A DNA stretch of 64,000 nucleotides, taken from positions 32,001 through 96,000 of the IMG/VR virus record IMGVR_UViG_3300047322_000252; one strand, 5' to 3'. Source of the DNA: a virus. The notes under the pieces were generated by a model. The model worked only from the letters and a program-made list of their open reading frames with translations. It made no database searches and was not told the DNA's origin. Shown here one piece after another: positions 48,474-56,593 of this stretch (the stretch's first letter is position 1; every line of letters starts with the position of its first letter). The position numbers were made by a program, and so were the translations under genes.

Positions 48474-48506
48474 GTACGGAATCCTACGAGGAGTACCGTA
48501 GGCCGG

Positions 48507-49577
48507 ATGCCTGACACATCTCTCGACACGGTGCTGACGAGGGTCAACAAGAACCTCGGGGAAGGGACCCTCATCCGGGGGTCCGACTTGAAGAACCACC
48601 AGATCCCCCGCATCACGTCCGGGTCGTTGGCCCTGGACATGGCGCTGGGCGGCGGCTGGGCCATGAACTGTTGGTCCGAGCTTCTGGGTGAACCGTCCCA
48701 TGGGAAAACGGTTCTCGCTCTCAAAACGATCGCCGCCAACCAACGTATCCACAAGCGTTTCCACACCCTGTGGATAGCCGCCGAGCCGTTCGTACCCGCC
48801 TGGGCCGAGACGTGCGAGGTCGATCTCGACCGGGTGATGATCGCTGACACCCGGGTGATGGAGGACGCCTACCAGATCGTCTGCGAGATGATCGACGGGC
48901 GCCTCGTGGACGCCGTCGTCATCGACTCACTCTCTTCGCTCACGCCCACCGAGGAGGACGAGAAGGCCATGGACGACTGGCAGGTGGGCCTCGGCGCTCG
49001 CCTGACGGGCAAGTTCATGCGCAAGTCCAGCGTGGCCCAGCGCCGCAGCCTCACCGAGCCGGACCGCAACTGCTTCGGGCTGATCATCTCGCAGTGGCGG
49101 GAGAAGATCGGCGTGATGTACGGCGACAACCGAGTCAGCCCCAACGGGCGGGCCAAGGAGTTCTTCTTCATGACCCGGGTGGAGGTGCGCCGGGATGACT
49201 GGCTGGGGCCGGACAAGCACCGGGTGGGCCAGACGTTCAAGGCCCGCATCATCAAGAACAAGACGGCGCCGCCCCAGCGCTCAGCCGTGTTCGACTTCTA
49301 CTGGGAGGACGACGGCAACCACCGGGCCGGGCGTTATGACATCGGGAAGATGCTGGCCAACATCGGCATGGACCTGGGTGTCGTGGAGTTGAAGGGGGCC
49401 TGGTACTACTTTGCTGGGCAGAAGTGGAACGGCAAGGAGAAGTTCTGGGAGGCAGTCGATCAGGATGAGTTGTTACAACGAGGTCTGGCCAAGGCCATCC
49501 GTGGCCTCGCCCTGCCGGGCATTGACATTGACGACCCCGCCCCGGCCAAGGCCAGGCGGGCGTTGAAGCGTGCCTAA
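48507..49577 (+). CDS. recA: RecA-like recombinase
   Basis: SGSLALD.ALGGG, GEPSHGKT, VIDSL, Q.REKIG..YG, KNK. Confidence 0.95.
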   Translation: MPDTSLDTVLTRVNKNLGEGTLIRGSDLKNHQIPRITSGSLALDMALGGGWAMNCWSELLGEPSHGKTVLALKTIAANQRIHKRFHTLWIAAEPFVPAWAETCEVDLDRVMIADTRVMEDAYQIVCEMIDGRLVDAVVIDSLSSLTPTEEDEKAMDDWQVGLGARLTGKFMRKSSVAQRRSLTEPDRNCFGLIISQWREKIGVMYGDNRVSPNGRAKEFFFMTRVEVRRDDWLGPDKHRVGQTFKARIIKNKTAPPQRSAVFDFYWEDDGNHRAGRYDIGKMLANIGMDLGVVELKGAWYYFAGQKWNGKEKFWEAVDQDELLQRGLAKAIRGLALPGIDIDDPAPAKARRALKRA

Positions 49578-49851
49578 GCCCTGGCAGAAGCAAGAGTCCC
49601 GGCTCGCCAACCTCCTTGGGGGCACTCGCAACGCCGGGTCCGGCAACGGCTGGGTCAGGAAGGCCGACGTGCGCAATGTGGACTGGTTGGTGGAGGCCAA
49701 GACCACCGACAACAAGGGGTACCGCATCACCCTCCAGGAACTGCTCACCTTGGGCCACCAGGCCGACGTGGAGGGGCGCAAGCCTGCGTTCTGCATCGAG
49801 ATCCAGGGCCACAACTACGTGGTGCTGCGAGAGCAGGAGTGGGAGCGGTGA
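49570..49851 (+). CDS. Small PD-(D/E)XK nuclease / resolvase-like protein
   Basis: QE.R.A...GG...GSG...K.DV...VEAK. Confidence 0.7.
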   Translation: MPKPWQKQESRLANLLGGTRNAGSGNGWVRKADVRNVDWLVEAKTTDNKGYRITLQELLTLGHQADVEGRKPAFCIEIQGHNYVVLREQEWER

Positions 49852-50861
49852 GCGTGTCGAAGAGGGTGCTCATCGAGACACGCAACCTCACCGTGGGGGA
49901 CGAGACGGTCATCCTCTCCGACGTGCGCAAGCACGTGCTCAGACAGAGTCAGGAGCCTGAGCCGGACCGGCGCCAGGACATCCTCCATCCCAGCGAGATG
50001 GCCAAGGGGGACTGGTGCCACCGGCACGACTACTACCGCCTCCGGGGCTACCCGGTGGACCCCAAGAGCCAGAACCCCAGCTTCCACATGGAGAACGTGT
50101 TCGAGGAGGGGCACGAGATCCACCACAAGTGGCAGCGTTGGCTGTGGGAGATGGGCACCCTCTACGGCGTCTTCTACTGCCAGTTGTGTGAACAGTCGTG
50201 GTGGGACCGCTCCCCCAAGGAGTGCTACTACTGCCAGGCCCCGCTCCGGTTCCTGCGGTACCACGAGATCCCCCTGTACGCCGACCACCTGCACATGGGG
50301 GGCAAGTCGGACGGCGGGCTGATGATCGAGGGCCAACCCTTCCGGCTGCTGGAGATCAAGAGCGTGAGCCTGGGCACTCTCCGGTTCGAGGCGCCCGACC
50401 TGTACGAGCGTTATGAGAACAACGAGAGCCTGGACAAGATCTGGATGGAGATCAACCGGCCCTTCCCCAGCCACATCCGACAGGGCCTGCTCTACCTGTA
50501 CATGGCGATCCGGGGTGCCACCAGTGACGTCCCGGTGCCCCACGAGATGGTGTTCATCTACGAGTGGAAGCCCCGCCAGTTGGTGAAGGAGTTCGTGGTC
50601 GCCTACCAGCCACGGTGGGTGGAGAGGATGCTGGCCGGTGCCCAGATGGTCACCGACGCCTTGGACATCGGACGACCACCGCAGCGGCCTCCCTGGGCCG
50701 CTGACGAGCAGGTTCGCATCTGTCGAAGCTGTCCGTACCGTGCTCTATGCTGGAAACTGAACCATGAACAACACCAAGACCATCCGACGCCGGTCGCAAC
50801 GCCCGTCAAGCGAGCCGCAGCGAATGTTCGCAGGCGTGCTCTTACCAAGCGAGCCTCCTGA
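49848..50861 (+). CDS. Cas4-like PD-(D/E)XK exonuclease
   Basis: HPSE...C.R, G..IH, DG, EIKS, Q..LY, C..CPY...C; internal CxxC..CxxC. Confidence 0.85.
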   Translation: MSVSKRVLIETRNLTVGDETVILSDVRKHVLRQSQEPEPDRRQDILHPSEMAKGDWCHRHDYYRLRGYPVDPKSQNPSFHMENVFEEGHEIHHKWQRWLWEMGTLYGVFYCQLCEQSWWDRSPKECYYCQAPLRFLRYHEIPLYADHLHMGGKSDGGLMIEGQPFRLLEIKSVSLGTLRFEAPDLYERYENNESLDKIWMEINRPFPSHIRQGLLYLYMAIRGATSDVPVPHEMVFIYEWKPRQLVKEFVVAYQPRWVERMLAGAQMVTDALDIGRPPQRPPWAADEQVRICRSCPYRALCWKLNHEQHQDHPTPVATPVKRAAANVRRRALTKRAS

Positions 50862-51261
50862 GCCGATACCGGCTGTACCCATCGACCTGGCTGAGCTAGC
50901 GGACCCGCACCTGATGCGGCTCTTCTCGTTGTACGTGGCGTGGAACGACTACCTGGACGTGCTGCGGGTGGAGGCCGAGGTGGAGGAGGGCAACGCCGAG
51001 GCTGACTTGAAGCTGTTGGAGGCCACGTCCATGGCAGGGTGGGGACCCAAGGACAAGGTGACCTTCGCCAGGGCCGAGCGGGACACCGATCCCGAGATCG
51101 TCATTGCTCGCCAGCGGGTGACGACGGCGTGGTCCCGGCGCAAGGTGCTCATGGTGCTGTGCGGGAACATGGAGCGGGACGCAAGCCTGCTATCGAGGGA
51201 GTTGTCACGCCGTATCGGACGAGCACCTGTGGAGGGGCGCTATGCAGGATGGAACACCTGA
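50764..51261 (+). CDS. Hypothetical helical protein (possible recombination mediator)
   Basis: Coiled coil ending LSRELSRR, in recA operon. Confidence 0.6.
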   Translation: MNNTKTIRRRSQRPSSEPQRMFAGVLLPSEPPEPIPAVPIDLAELADPHLMRLFSLYVAWNDYLDVLRVEAEVEEGNAEADLKLLEATSMAGWGPKDKVTFARAERDTDPEIVIARQRVTTAWSRRKVLMVLCGNMERDASLLSRELSRRIGRAPVEGRYAGWNT

Positions 51262-51568
51262 GGACGACGTCGTTGCGATCAGGCTGGATGCGGAGGCGTC
51301 AGCCGACAGCCAGGTGGTGCCCGAGGACGACGAGGCCGACCTGCTGCGCATCCAGCGGCTCTACAGCACGACCGACGCCATGGTGTGGGCCACCGAGTGG
51401 TGCATCGTGGCCCGCAAGCTGGAGTACCTGGGCAAGCCGTTGATCGATGAGGGCTGGATGGTGGGGTGGTTCGCCAACGCCATCGAGATCGGACGAGAGG
51501 CCGGGTATCGCAAGGCCATGGAGTCCATTGACACTGACGATGGTCGGGGACGGGAGTTCACACGATGA
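51242..51568 (+). CDS. Hypothetical protein
   Basis: DA.VWA...M.GWFANAI motif seen in phage proteins. Confidence 0.65.
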   Translation: MQDGTPEDDVVAIRLDAEASADSQVVPEDDEADLLRIQRLYSTTDAMVWATEWCIVARKLEYLGKPLIDEGWMVGWFANAIEIGREAGYRKAMESIDTDDGRGREFTR

Positions 51569-51810
51569 TCTGTTCGCTGTGTGAGGAGCCGATGGGCAAT
51601 GAGTCTTCGGCCAACAACAACCCGGTCGCTCCGATGCACCGGGTGTGCGCACTGCGCTCTGTCATGGGGGGCATCGGCCACTTGATCGCCCACGAGTACT
51701 GGTGTCTCCAGCAAGGCGATCCGGACGCCGGGTTGACGTGGCACCAGAGCGCCCGGTTGGTGGAGCACTACATCCAGGTGATGGGTGTCGAGACGGCGGC
51801 AGCCAAGTGA
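51565..51810 (+). CDS. Small Cys/His hypothetical protein
   Basis: C..CEE...H..C.LRSV.GG..H. Confidence 0.65.
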   Translation: MICSLCEEPMGNESSANNNPVAPMHRVCALRSVMGGIGHLIAHEYWCLQQGDPDAGLTWHQSARLVEHYIQVMGVETAAAK

Positions 51811-52238
51811 CCGCCCTCGTGCTCATCCCCGCTCATACTCCCGGCCTTCCCGAGGACGCCCACCTCACCCTGGTGTGGCCTGGGGAGAAGCCTGGCACCG
51901 ACGTGTTGTCAGCACTCGCCATCATCGGGGCCAACTTCTCCCGTACCACCCTCGCCTTCGGGGCCAAGGTGATCGGCGCTGCCTTCTTCGGGGAGAAGCG
52001 CAACGAGCCGGTCCTGTTGTCTGAACTGACCTCCGAACTGGCGCTCATGCGAGCCGCCGTCCAGCAGTACAGCCAGTCCGAGCACACCGAGTTCCGCCCT
52101 CACGTGGCTGTCCCTGGTCTGACACCGAAGATGCTCAACGTGAAGACCCGGCCACGCCTCCTGTACTTCAACCAGTTGGCCTTGTGGCCTGCCAGCCAGG
52201 GGTCCGCAGGGGCCGTGACCTGGTGGTTGGGGTCCTGA
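51807..52238 (+). CDS. 2H phosphoesterase (Acb1-like)
   Basis: HLTL and FRPHVA motifs, ~143 aa standalone. Confidence 0.7.
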   Translation: MTALVLIPAHTPGLPEDAHLTLVWPGEKPGTDVLSALAIIGANFSRTTLAFGAKVIGAAFFGEKRNEPVLLSELTSELALMRAAVQQYSQSEHTEFRPHVAVPGLTPKMLNVKTRPRLLYFNQLALWPASQGSAGAVTWWLGS

Positions 52239-52639
52239 TGGTCAATCGATCGAAGAAGACGGGAACCGAGCACGAGTCCAAGAGCGTCATCTGGTTGAAG
52301 CGCAACGGGTGGCCCTACGCCCGGCGCATCACCATGAAGGGGCAGCGAGACGAGGGAGACATCGACCTGGGCAACGGCATCCCGGTGATGATCGAGGCCA
52401 AGAACGAGAAGACGATCAGCCTGGCTCAGTACATCAAGGAGATGGACGCTCAGATCGTCAACGCCGACGCCGAGACGGGCTTCGTCATCATCAAGCGTAG
52501 GGGAACCACGGACGTGGGGAAGTACTACGCTCTGACAACTGTCGAACATGCGAACGACCTGCTACGGAGAGTGTACAAGGTTCGGAAACGTCGGCTGATC
52601 CGTACGACCCATTCCGATCCGTCCTCCAACGGCGCATGA
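52238..52639 (+). CDS. Holliday junction resolvase-like nuclease
   Basis: K..G..HE...D.GDI...IEAKN. Confidence 0.8.
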   Translation: MVNRSKKTGTEHESKSVIWLKRNGWPYARRITMKGQRDEGDIDLGNGIPVMIEAKNEKTISLAQYIKEMDAQIVNADAETGFVIIKRRGTTDVGKYYALTTVEHANDLLRRVYKVRKRRLIRTTHSDPSSNGA

Positions 52640-52646
52640 TGGAGGC

Positions 52647-52937
52647 ATGGCAAGGAGCAGCTACGAGATCCTGGATAGGTACGAACTTCCGTGCCCAGCG
52701 TGCCAGGGCATCGGTTGCGTGAACTGCCGTAATGGTTCCGTCCCGGTGTACACCCTGGTCAGCGGCCGATCGAAGGTGCGTTGCAACGCTTTCGGCCACG
52801 TCATGTTGGGCAAGACCGAACGACCCACGAACGCAAGGGACCTACCCCAGGTCGCCTGGTGCAGCCGCTGCCAATGGCAGCAGGTTCACACGGACGTCCC
52901 CGAGGCTTATGATCTGGAGGCCGAACACACCGCCTAG
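52647..52937 (+). CDS. Zn-binding hypothetical protein
   Basis: CPACQG.GC..C, CSRC. Confidence 0.65.
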   Translation: MARSSYEILDRYELPCPACQGIGCVNCRNGSVPVYTLVSGRSKVRCNAFGHVMLGKTERPTNARDLPQVAWCSRCQWQQVHTDVPEAYDLEAEHTA

Positions 52938-52946
52938 GAGGTCGCC

Positions 52947-53531
52947 ATGGACCTGACCACCATCACCGTTCCCGAGGACGTAGCCGAAGAGCGAGTCCGA
53001 GAGTACGAGGTGGCGGTCAGGGAACGGCGAGACGCCGAGGACCAAGCCATCCTCTCGGCGTACAAGGCGGCGGCTCGTGGCCTCCCGATCATCATGCTCC
53101 CGCAGGTGATCAAGGCCGGGGGCTTCTTCTCCGATGACCACCCGGTGTGCCCCCGACTCCCGAAGCTCGCCATCGCCCGAGCCGACGCCCGCACCTGCTG
53201 GGTGGACAGCCGCTCGAACGAGATCGTCTACCGGGACAGCAACCGGGTGCAGAACCGGGGCGCTCTCGTCGCCCCGCACTCGGTGTCAGTGTCAGTGCCC
53301 GGGAATCGCTGGTGGCGCTCCGCTCAGACCATCGTGCCCCACGTCCCGCCCCGGCACCGGCCCAAGCGAGGCCGCATCGGCAGCTTCCACGTCCTGTGGG
53401 AGGTCGAGGAGTGGACCAACGTGGCGCCCATCGACCCGGCGCTGCTGCGCCACATCCGGGGCGACCTGTGGAGCGTGCTCGCTGTGTGGGACCTGACGGA
53501 CCTGGAGCGGGCTGTACTCTCGGCCCGATGA
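52947..53531 (+). CDS. Conserved phage hypothetical protein
   Basis: AGGAGG RBS; PKLAIARAD, VP..PP, LWEVE.W, DP.LL, WDLT..E. Confidence 0.75.
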   Translation: MDLTTITVPEDVAEERVREYEVAVRERRDAEDQAILSAYKAAARGLPIIMLPQVIKAGGFFSDDHPVCPRLPKLAIARADARTCWVDSRSNEIVYRDSNRVQNRGALVAPHSVSVSVPGNRWWRSAQTIVPHVPPRHRPKRGRIGSFHVLWEVEEWTNVAPIDPALLRHIRGDLWSVLAVWDLTDLERAVLSAR

Positions 53532-53833
53532 TCCGTGTCGAGTCTCGTGGTTCGATATGGCTGATCGACCAGGACCTGGGTCGGTACATGCGACTCCCGA
53601 AGCACGAGATACCACGAGATCCAGAGTGGTCGCTTGGCTGGCTGTCCGACCTGGAGTGGCATCCCTTCGAGTCGTGGTGGATCACCACCGAGAGCTTCGG
53701 CGCCAAAGACGACAACGGGACGCTCTTCCTGTACGCACCGCCCACGCTCGTGATCCGACCGTCCGACTCCCGTCGCAAGGTGTACGCCCCGGACGCCTAC
53801 ATCCAGAACCATGATGTGACAGCAACACCGTAG
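53528..53833 (+). CDS. Hypothetical protein
   Basis: ATGA overlap; S.WLID....RY.R.P. Confidence 0.6.
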   Translation: MIRVESRGSIWLIDQDLGRYMRLPKHEIPRDPEWSLGWLSDLEWHPFESWWITTESFGAKDDNGTLFLYAPPTLVIRPSDSRRKVYAPDAYIQNHDVTATP

Positions 53834-53860
53834 GTCCCTGGCGCTGTACGCTGCGCCAAC

Positions 53861-54826
53861 ATGGCCAGCAGCGACACCGCCCTCGCCGCCTACGGCGGCG
53901 TCTATCGTGCTGTCTGCCTGGAGATGTTGGAGGACCGGGCCAGGGTCCAGGTCCCTCAGTTGTTCGCCGCCGAGGACGTGGTGGTCTATGAGTTCGCCGG
54001 GCCTCGCCCGGTGGCGGGGGACAGCGGCTGGGTCTTCTTCGAGTCCGAACTGGCCGAGCGCCCGGTGTGGGCAGGGTCGGAGTCCTCGGGTGGCGGCACC
54101 AGCGCTGCCTCTTGGCCCCCGTACAAGGTGGTCACCCAGGAGGTGTCGATCGAGAGCGGCACCACCGGCATCACCGACCTGGTGGTGCTCGACGGCAGCT
54201 ACGAGGTCGCCTTCGACGGTTGGATCGAGGCCATCGTCTCCGGGGGCTACGGTGGGCACTCTCCCACCAGTGTGAACGTGCGCCAGGGTGTGTACGCCCC
54301 CGGCTACATGGACCCCACCGGCAACGATTGGATCGCCTTCGGCTACATGGCCAGCCCGGGGCCGAACCAGTGGGAGTCCATCGGGGACTGCCTGCTCAGC
54401 GTGCCGGTGATCAAGGGCCAGACACCCACCCTCCGCTGGCGGGGCAACTGGTCACCGGGCACCGTGCCGTGCTCGTTCCGCAGCGGTGTCTCGGTCAAGT
54501 TCTATTCGGGGGCGGGGGAGTCGGGCACGCTCAGTCTGGTCGGTCCGACTGGAGCGACTGGGCCGCAGGGACCAGAGGGTCCTCCTGGTCCTACCGGCCC
54601 GCAGGGGCCAGGCGGTGCCGGTGCTCAGACGCTGGCGTATCGGCACGTTCAGCCCACGGCCTCGGCGGTGTGGACGATCACCCACGGCCTCTCCTTCTAC
54701 CCCAACATCTCTGTCGTGGATTCCAGTGGCCGGGAGGTGGTCCCCGGTGCGATCGACTACGTGAGCAGCGCCACCGTCCAACTGACCTTCTCGGCTGCCT
54801 TCGGCGGCGAGGCGTACCTGAGTTAG
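53861..54826 (+). CDS. Gp5/gpV-like spike OB-fold protein with collagen repeat
   Basis: G.YRA......R.RVQVP...P..GD..WV.FE....PVW.G; (GPx)n; W.I.H.L..YP. Confidence 0.7.
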   Translation: MASSDTALAAYGGVYRAVCLEMLEDRARVQVPQLFAAEDVVVYEFAGPRPVAGDSGWVFFESELAERPVWAGSESSGGGTSAASWPPYKVVTQEVSIESGTTGITDLVVLDGSYEVAFDGWIEAIVSGGYGGHSPTSVNVRQGVYAPGYMDPTGNDWIAFGYMASPGPNQWESIGDCLLSVPVIKGQTPTLRWRGNWSPGTVPCSFRSGVSVKFYSGAGESGTLSLVGPTGATGPQGPEGPPGPTGPQGPGGAGAQTLAYRHVQPTASAVWTITHGLSFYPNISVVDSSGREVVPGAIDYVSSATVQLTFSAAFGGEAYLS

Positions 54827-54835
54827 GGGACCCCC

Positions 54836-56593
54836 ATGCCCACCTTCTACGGAGCCATCAACCTCTCCAAGAACGAGCTACAGAACGCCGTCGTCCAGAA
54901 CCTGGGCACGGCGCCATCGTCGCCGGTCAAGGGCCAGGTCTACTTCGACTCCACCGCCAACATCCTGTACTGGTACAACGGCTCGCAGTGGGTCGCCGCC
55001 CAGGGTGGAGCGGGTGCTGTCCCAGCGGACACGACCACCACGTTGGCGGTGGGTGGTGCGGCAGCGCCAGGTGCGAGCGCTCTCTACTCCCGAGGGGACC
55101 ACGCTCATGGCATGCCCTCCTTTGGAGCGGCTACTGCGGACACTGCCTTCGGCACAGCCAAGAGCGACGGTGTTGCGACAACAATAGCTCGCTCTGATCA
55201 CACGCACGGCAACCCGGCGCTGGGTACGACACCTTCCACTGCCGCTATCGGTGACGCAGCAGCCGGGGGAGTCGCTACCGATGCGGCCAAGACGGACCAC
55301 AAGCATGGGATGCCTGCTTTCGGGGCCATCTCCGGGGAGTCCACCTTCGGTGCCGCTGCATCCAACGGGTCGGCAGCCACCATCGCCCGGTCGGACCACC
55401 TTCACGGCAACCCGACCCACGTCGCTGCGGATCACGCCACCATCCCCATCTCAGCGTTGGCGGCGCCCACGGCTGATGTGAACTGGGGCGCCTTCAAGAT
55501 CACCAACCTCAACTCGCCCACTGGGAGCAACGACGCCGCCAACAAGGGCTACGTGGATGGCCTCGTCAACGGGCTGTCGTGGAAGGACGCTGCGAGGGCA
55601 GCAACCACTGCCAACATCGCTCTCACCGGAACGCAGACGATCGATGGTGTGGCCTGCATCGTCGGTGATCGGGTGCTGGTCAAGAATCAGACGACGGCCA
55701 GCGGCAACGGTGTCTACTTCGTCGCTTCCGGCGCCTGGGGACGAACCACTGACACGCAGTTCGGCACCGACATCGTAGGCATGGCGATCTACATCGGTGA
55801 GGGTACGACGCAGGCCGACACGACCTGGACGTTGACGACGGACGCCCCGATCTCGATCGGTACGACGAGTCTGGCGTTCGCACAGACGGGCGGTCCAGGG
55901 GCGATCACTGCTGGCGCCGGTATGACGCAGGTGGGCAACACGCTCAACGTCATCGCCGGGGACACCACCCTGACCGTCGCCGCCGACGACGTGCGGGTGA
56001 ACACGGCGGTCATCGCCACGGTGGCCTCGGTAACGGCGGGTGATGCCGCCAACGTACCGAACACCCGGCAGGTCATCGCTGGTGCGGGCCTGACTGGTGG
56101 TGGTGCGCTCTCGGCTGACGCCACCCTCAACGTGGTCGCTGGGGACACCAGCCTCACGGTCGCTGCCGACTCGGTTGTTGTCAACACAGGAGTCATCGCT
56201 CCGACCAGTCGCCTCATCAACACCACGGCTCCGATCACTGGCGGCGGCAACCTCACGGCCGACCGGACGATCGCCATCACCAGCTTCGCCGGGAGCACTC
56301 CGGGAGCAGTGCCCAACTCACCAGGAGGCACGACCACCTTCCTGCGAGCGGACGGCACCTGGTCGGCACCAGCAGGAGGTGTCGGCAAGTACGCTGCCGC
56401 TCTCACCGGCACGGCCAGTCCCGAGGTGGTGACCCACAACCTGAACACCAGGGATGTGCAGGTGCAGGTGCTCAACGGGGCCAGTCCTTACACCGCCGTG
56501 GTGGTGGACTGGGATGCGACAACAGTGAACACGATCACCATCCGCTACAACCCGAACCTCGGAGCCGGGTATCGAGTGGTGGTGGTGGGCTGA
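54836..56593 (+). CDS. Tail fibre-like protein
   Basis: Repeated R.DH.H; ITNL..P....DAANK.YVD; GDRVLVKNQT...NG.Y; AG.GLTGGG repeats. Confidence 0.8.
   Translation: MPTFYGAINLSKNELQNAVVQNLGTAPSSPVKGQVYFDSTANILYWYNGSQWVAAQGGAGAVPADTTTTLAVGGAAAPGASALYSRGDHAHGMPSFGAATADTAFGTAKSDGVATTIARSDHTHGNPALGTTPSTAAIGDAAAGGVATDAAKTDHKHGMPAFGAISGESTFGAAASNGSAATIARSDHLHGNPTHVAADHATIPISALAAPTADVNWGAFKITNLNSPTGSNDAANKGYVDGLVNGLSWKDAARAATTANIALTGTQTIDGVACIVGDRVLVKNQTTASGNGVYFVASGAWGRTTDTQFGTDIVGMAIYIGEGTTQADTTWTLTTDAPISIGTTSLAFAQTGGPGAITAGAGMTQVGNTLNVIAGDTTLTVAADDVRVNTAVIATVASVTAGDAANVPNTRQVIAGAGLTGGGALSADATLNVVAGDTSLTVAADSVVVNTGVIAPTSRLINTTAPITGGGNLTADRTIAITSFAGSTPGAVPNSPGGTTTFLRADGTWSAPAGGVGKYAAALTGTASPEVVTHNLNTRDVQVQVLNGASPYTAVVVDWDATTVNTITIRYNPNLGAGYRVVVVG

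Larger units (their letters stand above)
8979..53297. repeat. Dispersed 13-bp asymmetric family B, CATTGACAYTGAC
   Basis: Exact at 8979, 9148(-), 25345, 29912, 33968, 34270(-), 46322, 49520, 51526; near at 13352, 13480(-), 39739, 53285(-). Confidence 0.92.

Noticed and set aside
49848-50861. CRISPR-Cas system suggested by the Cas4-like gene
   Set aside because: No repeat-spacer array or other cas genes; solo Cas4-like nucleases are common in phage recombination modules
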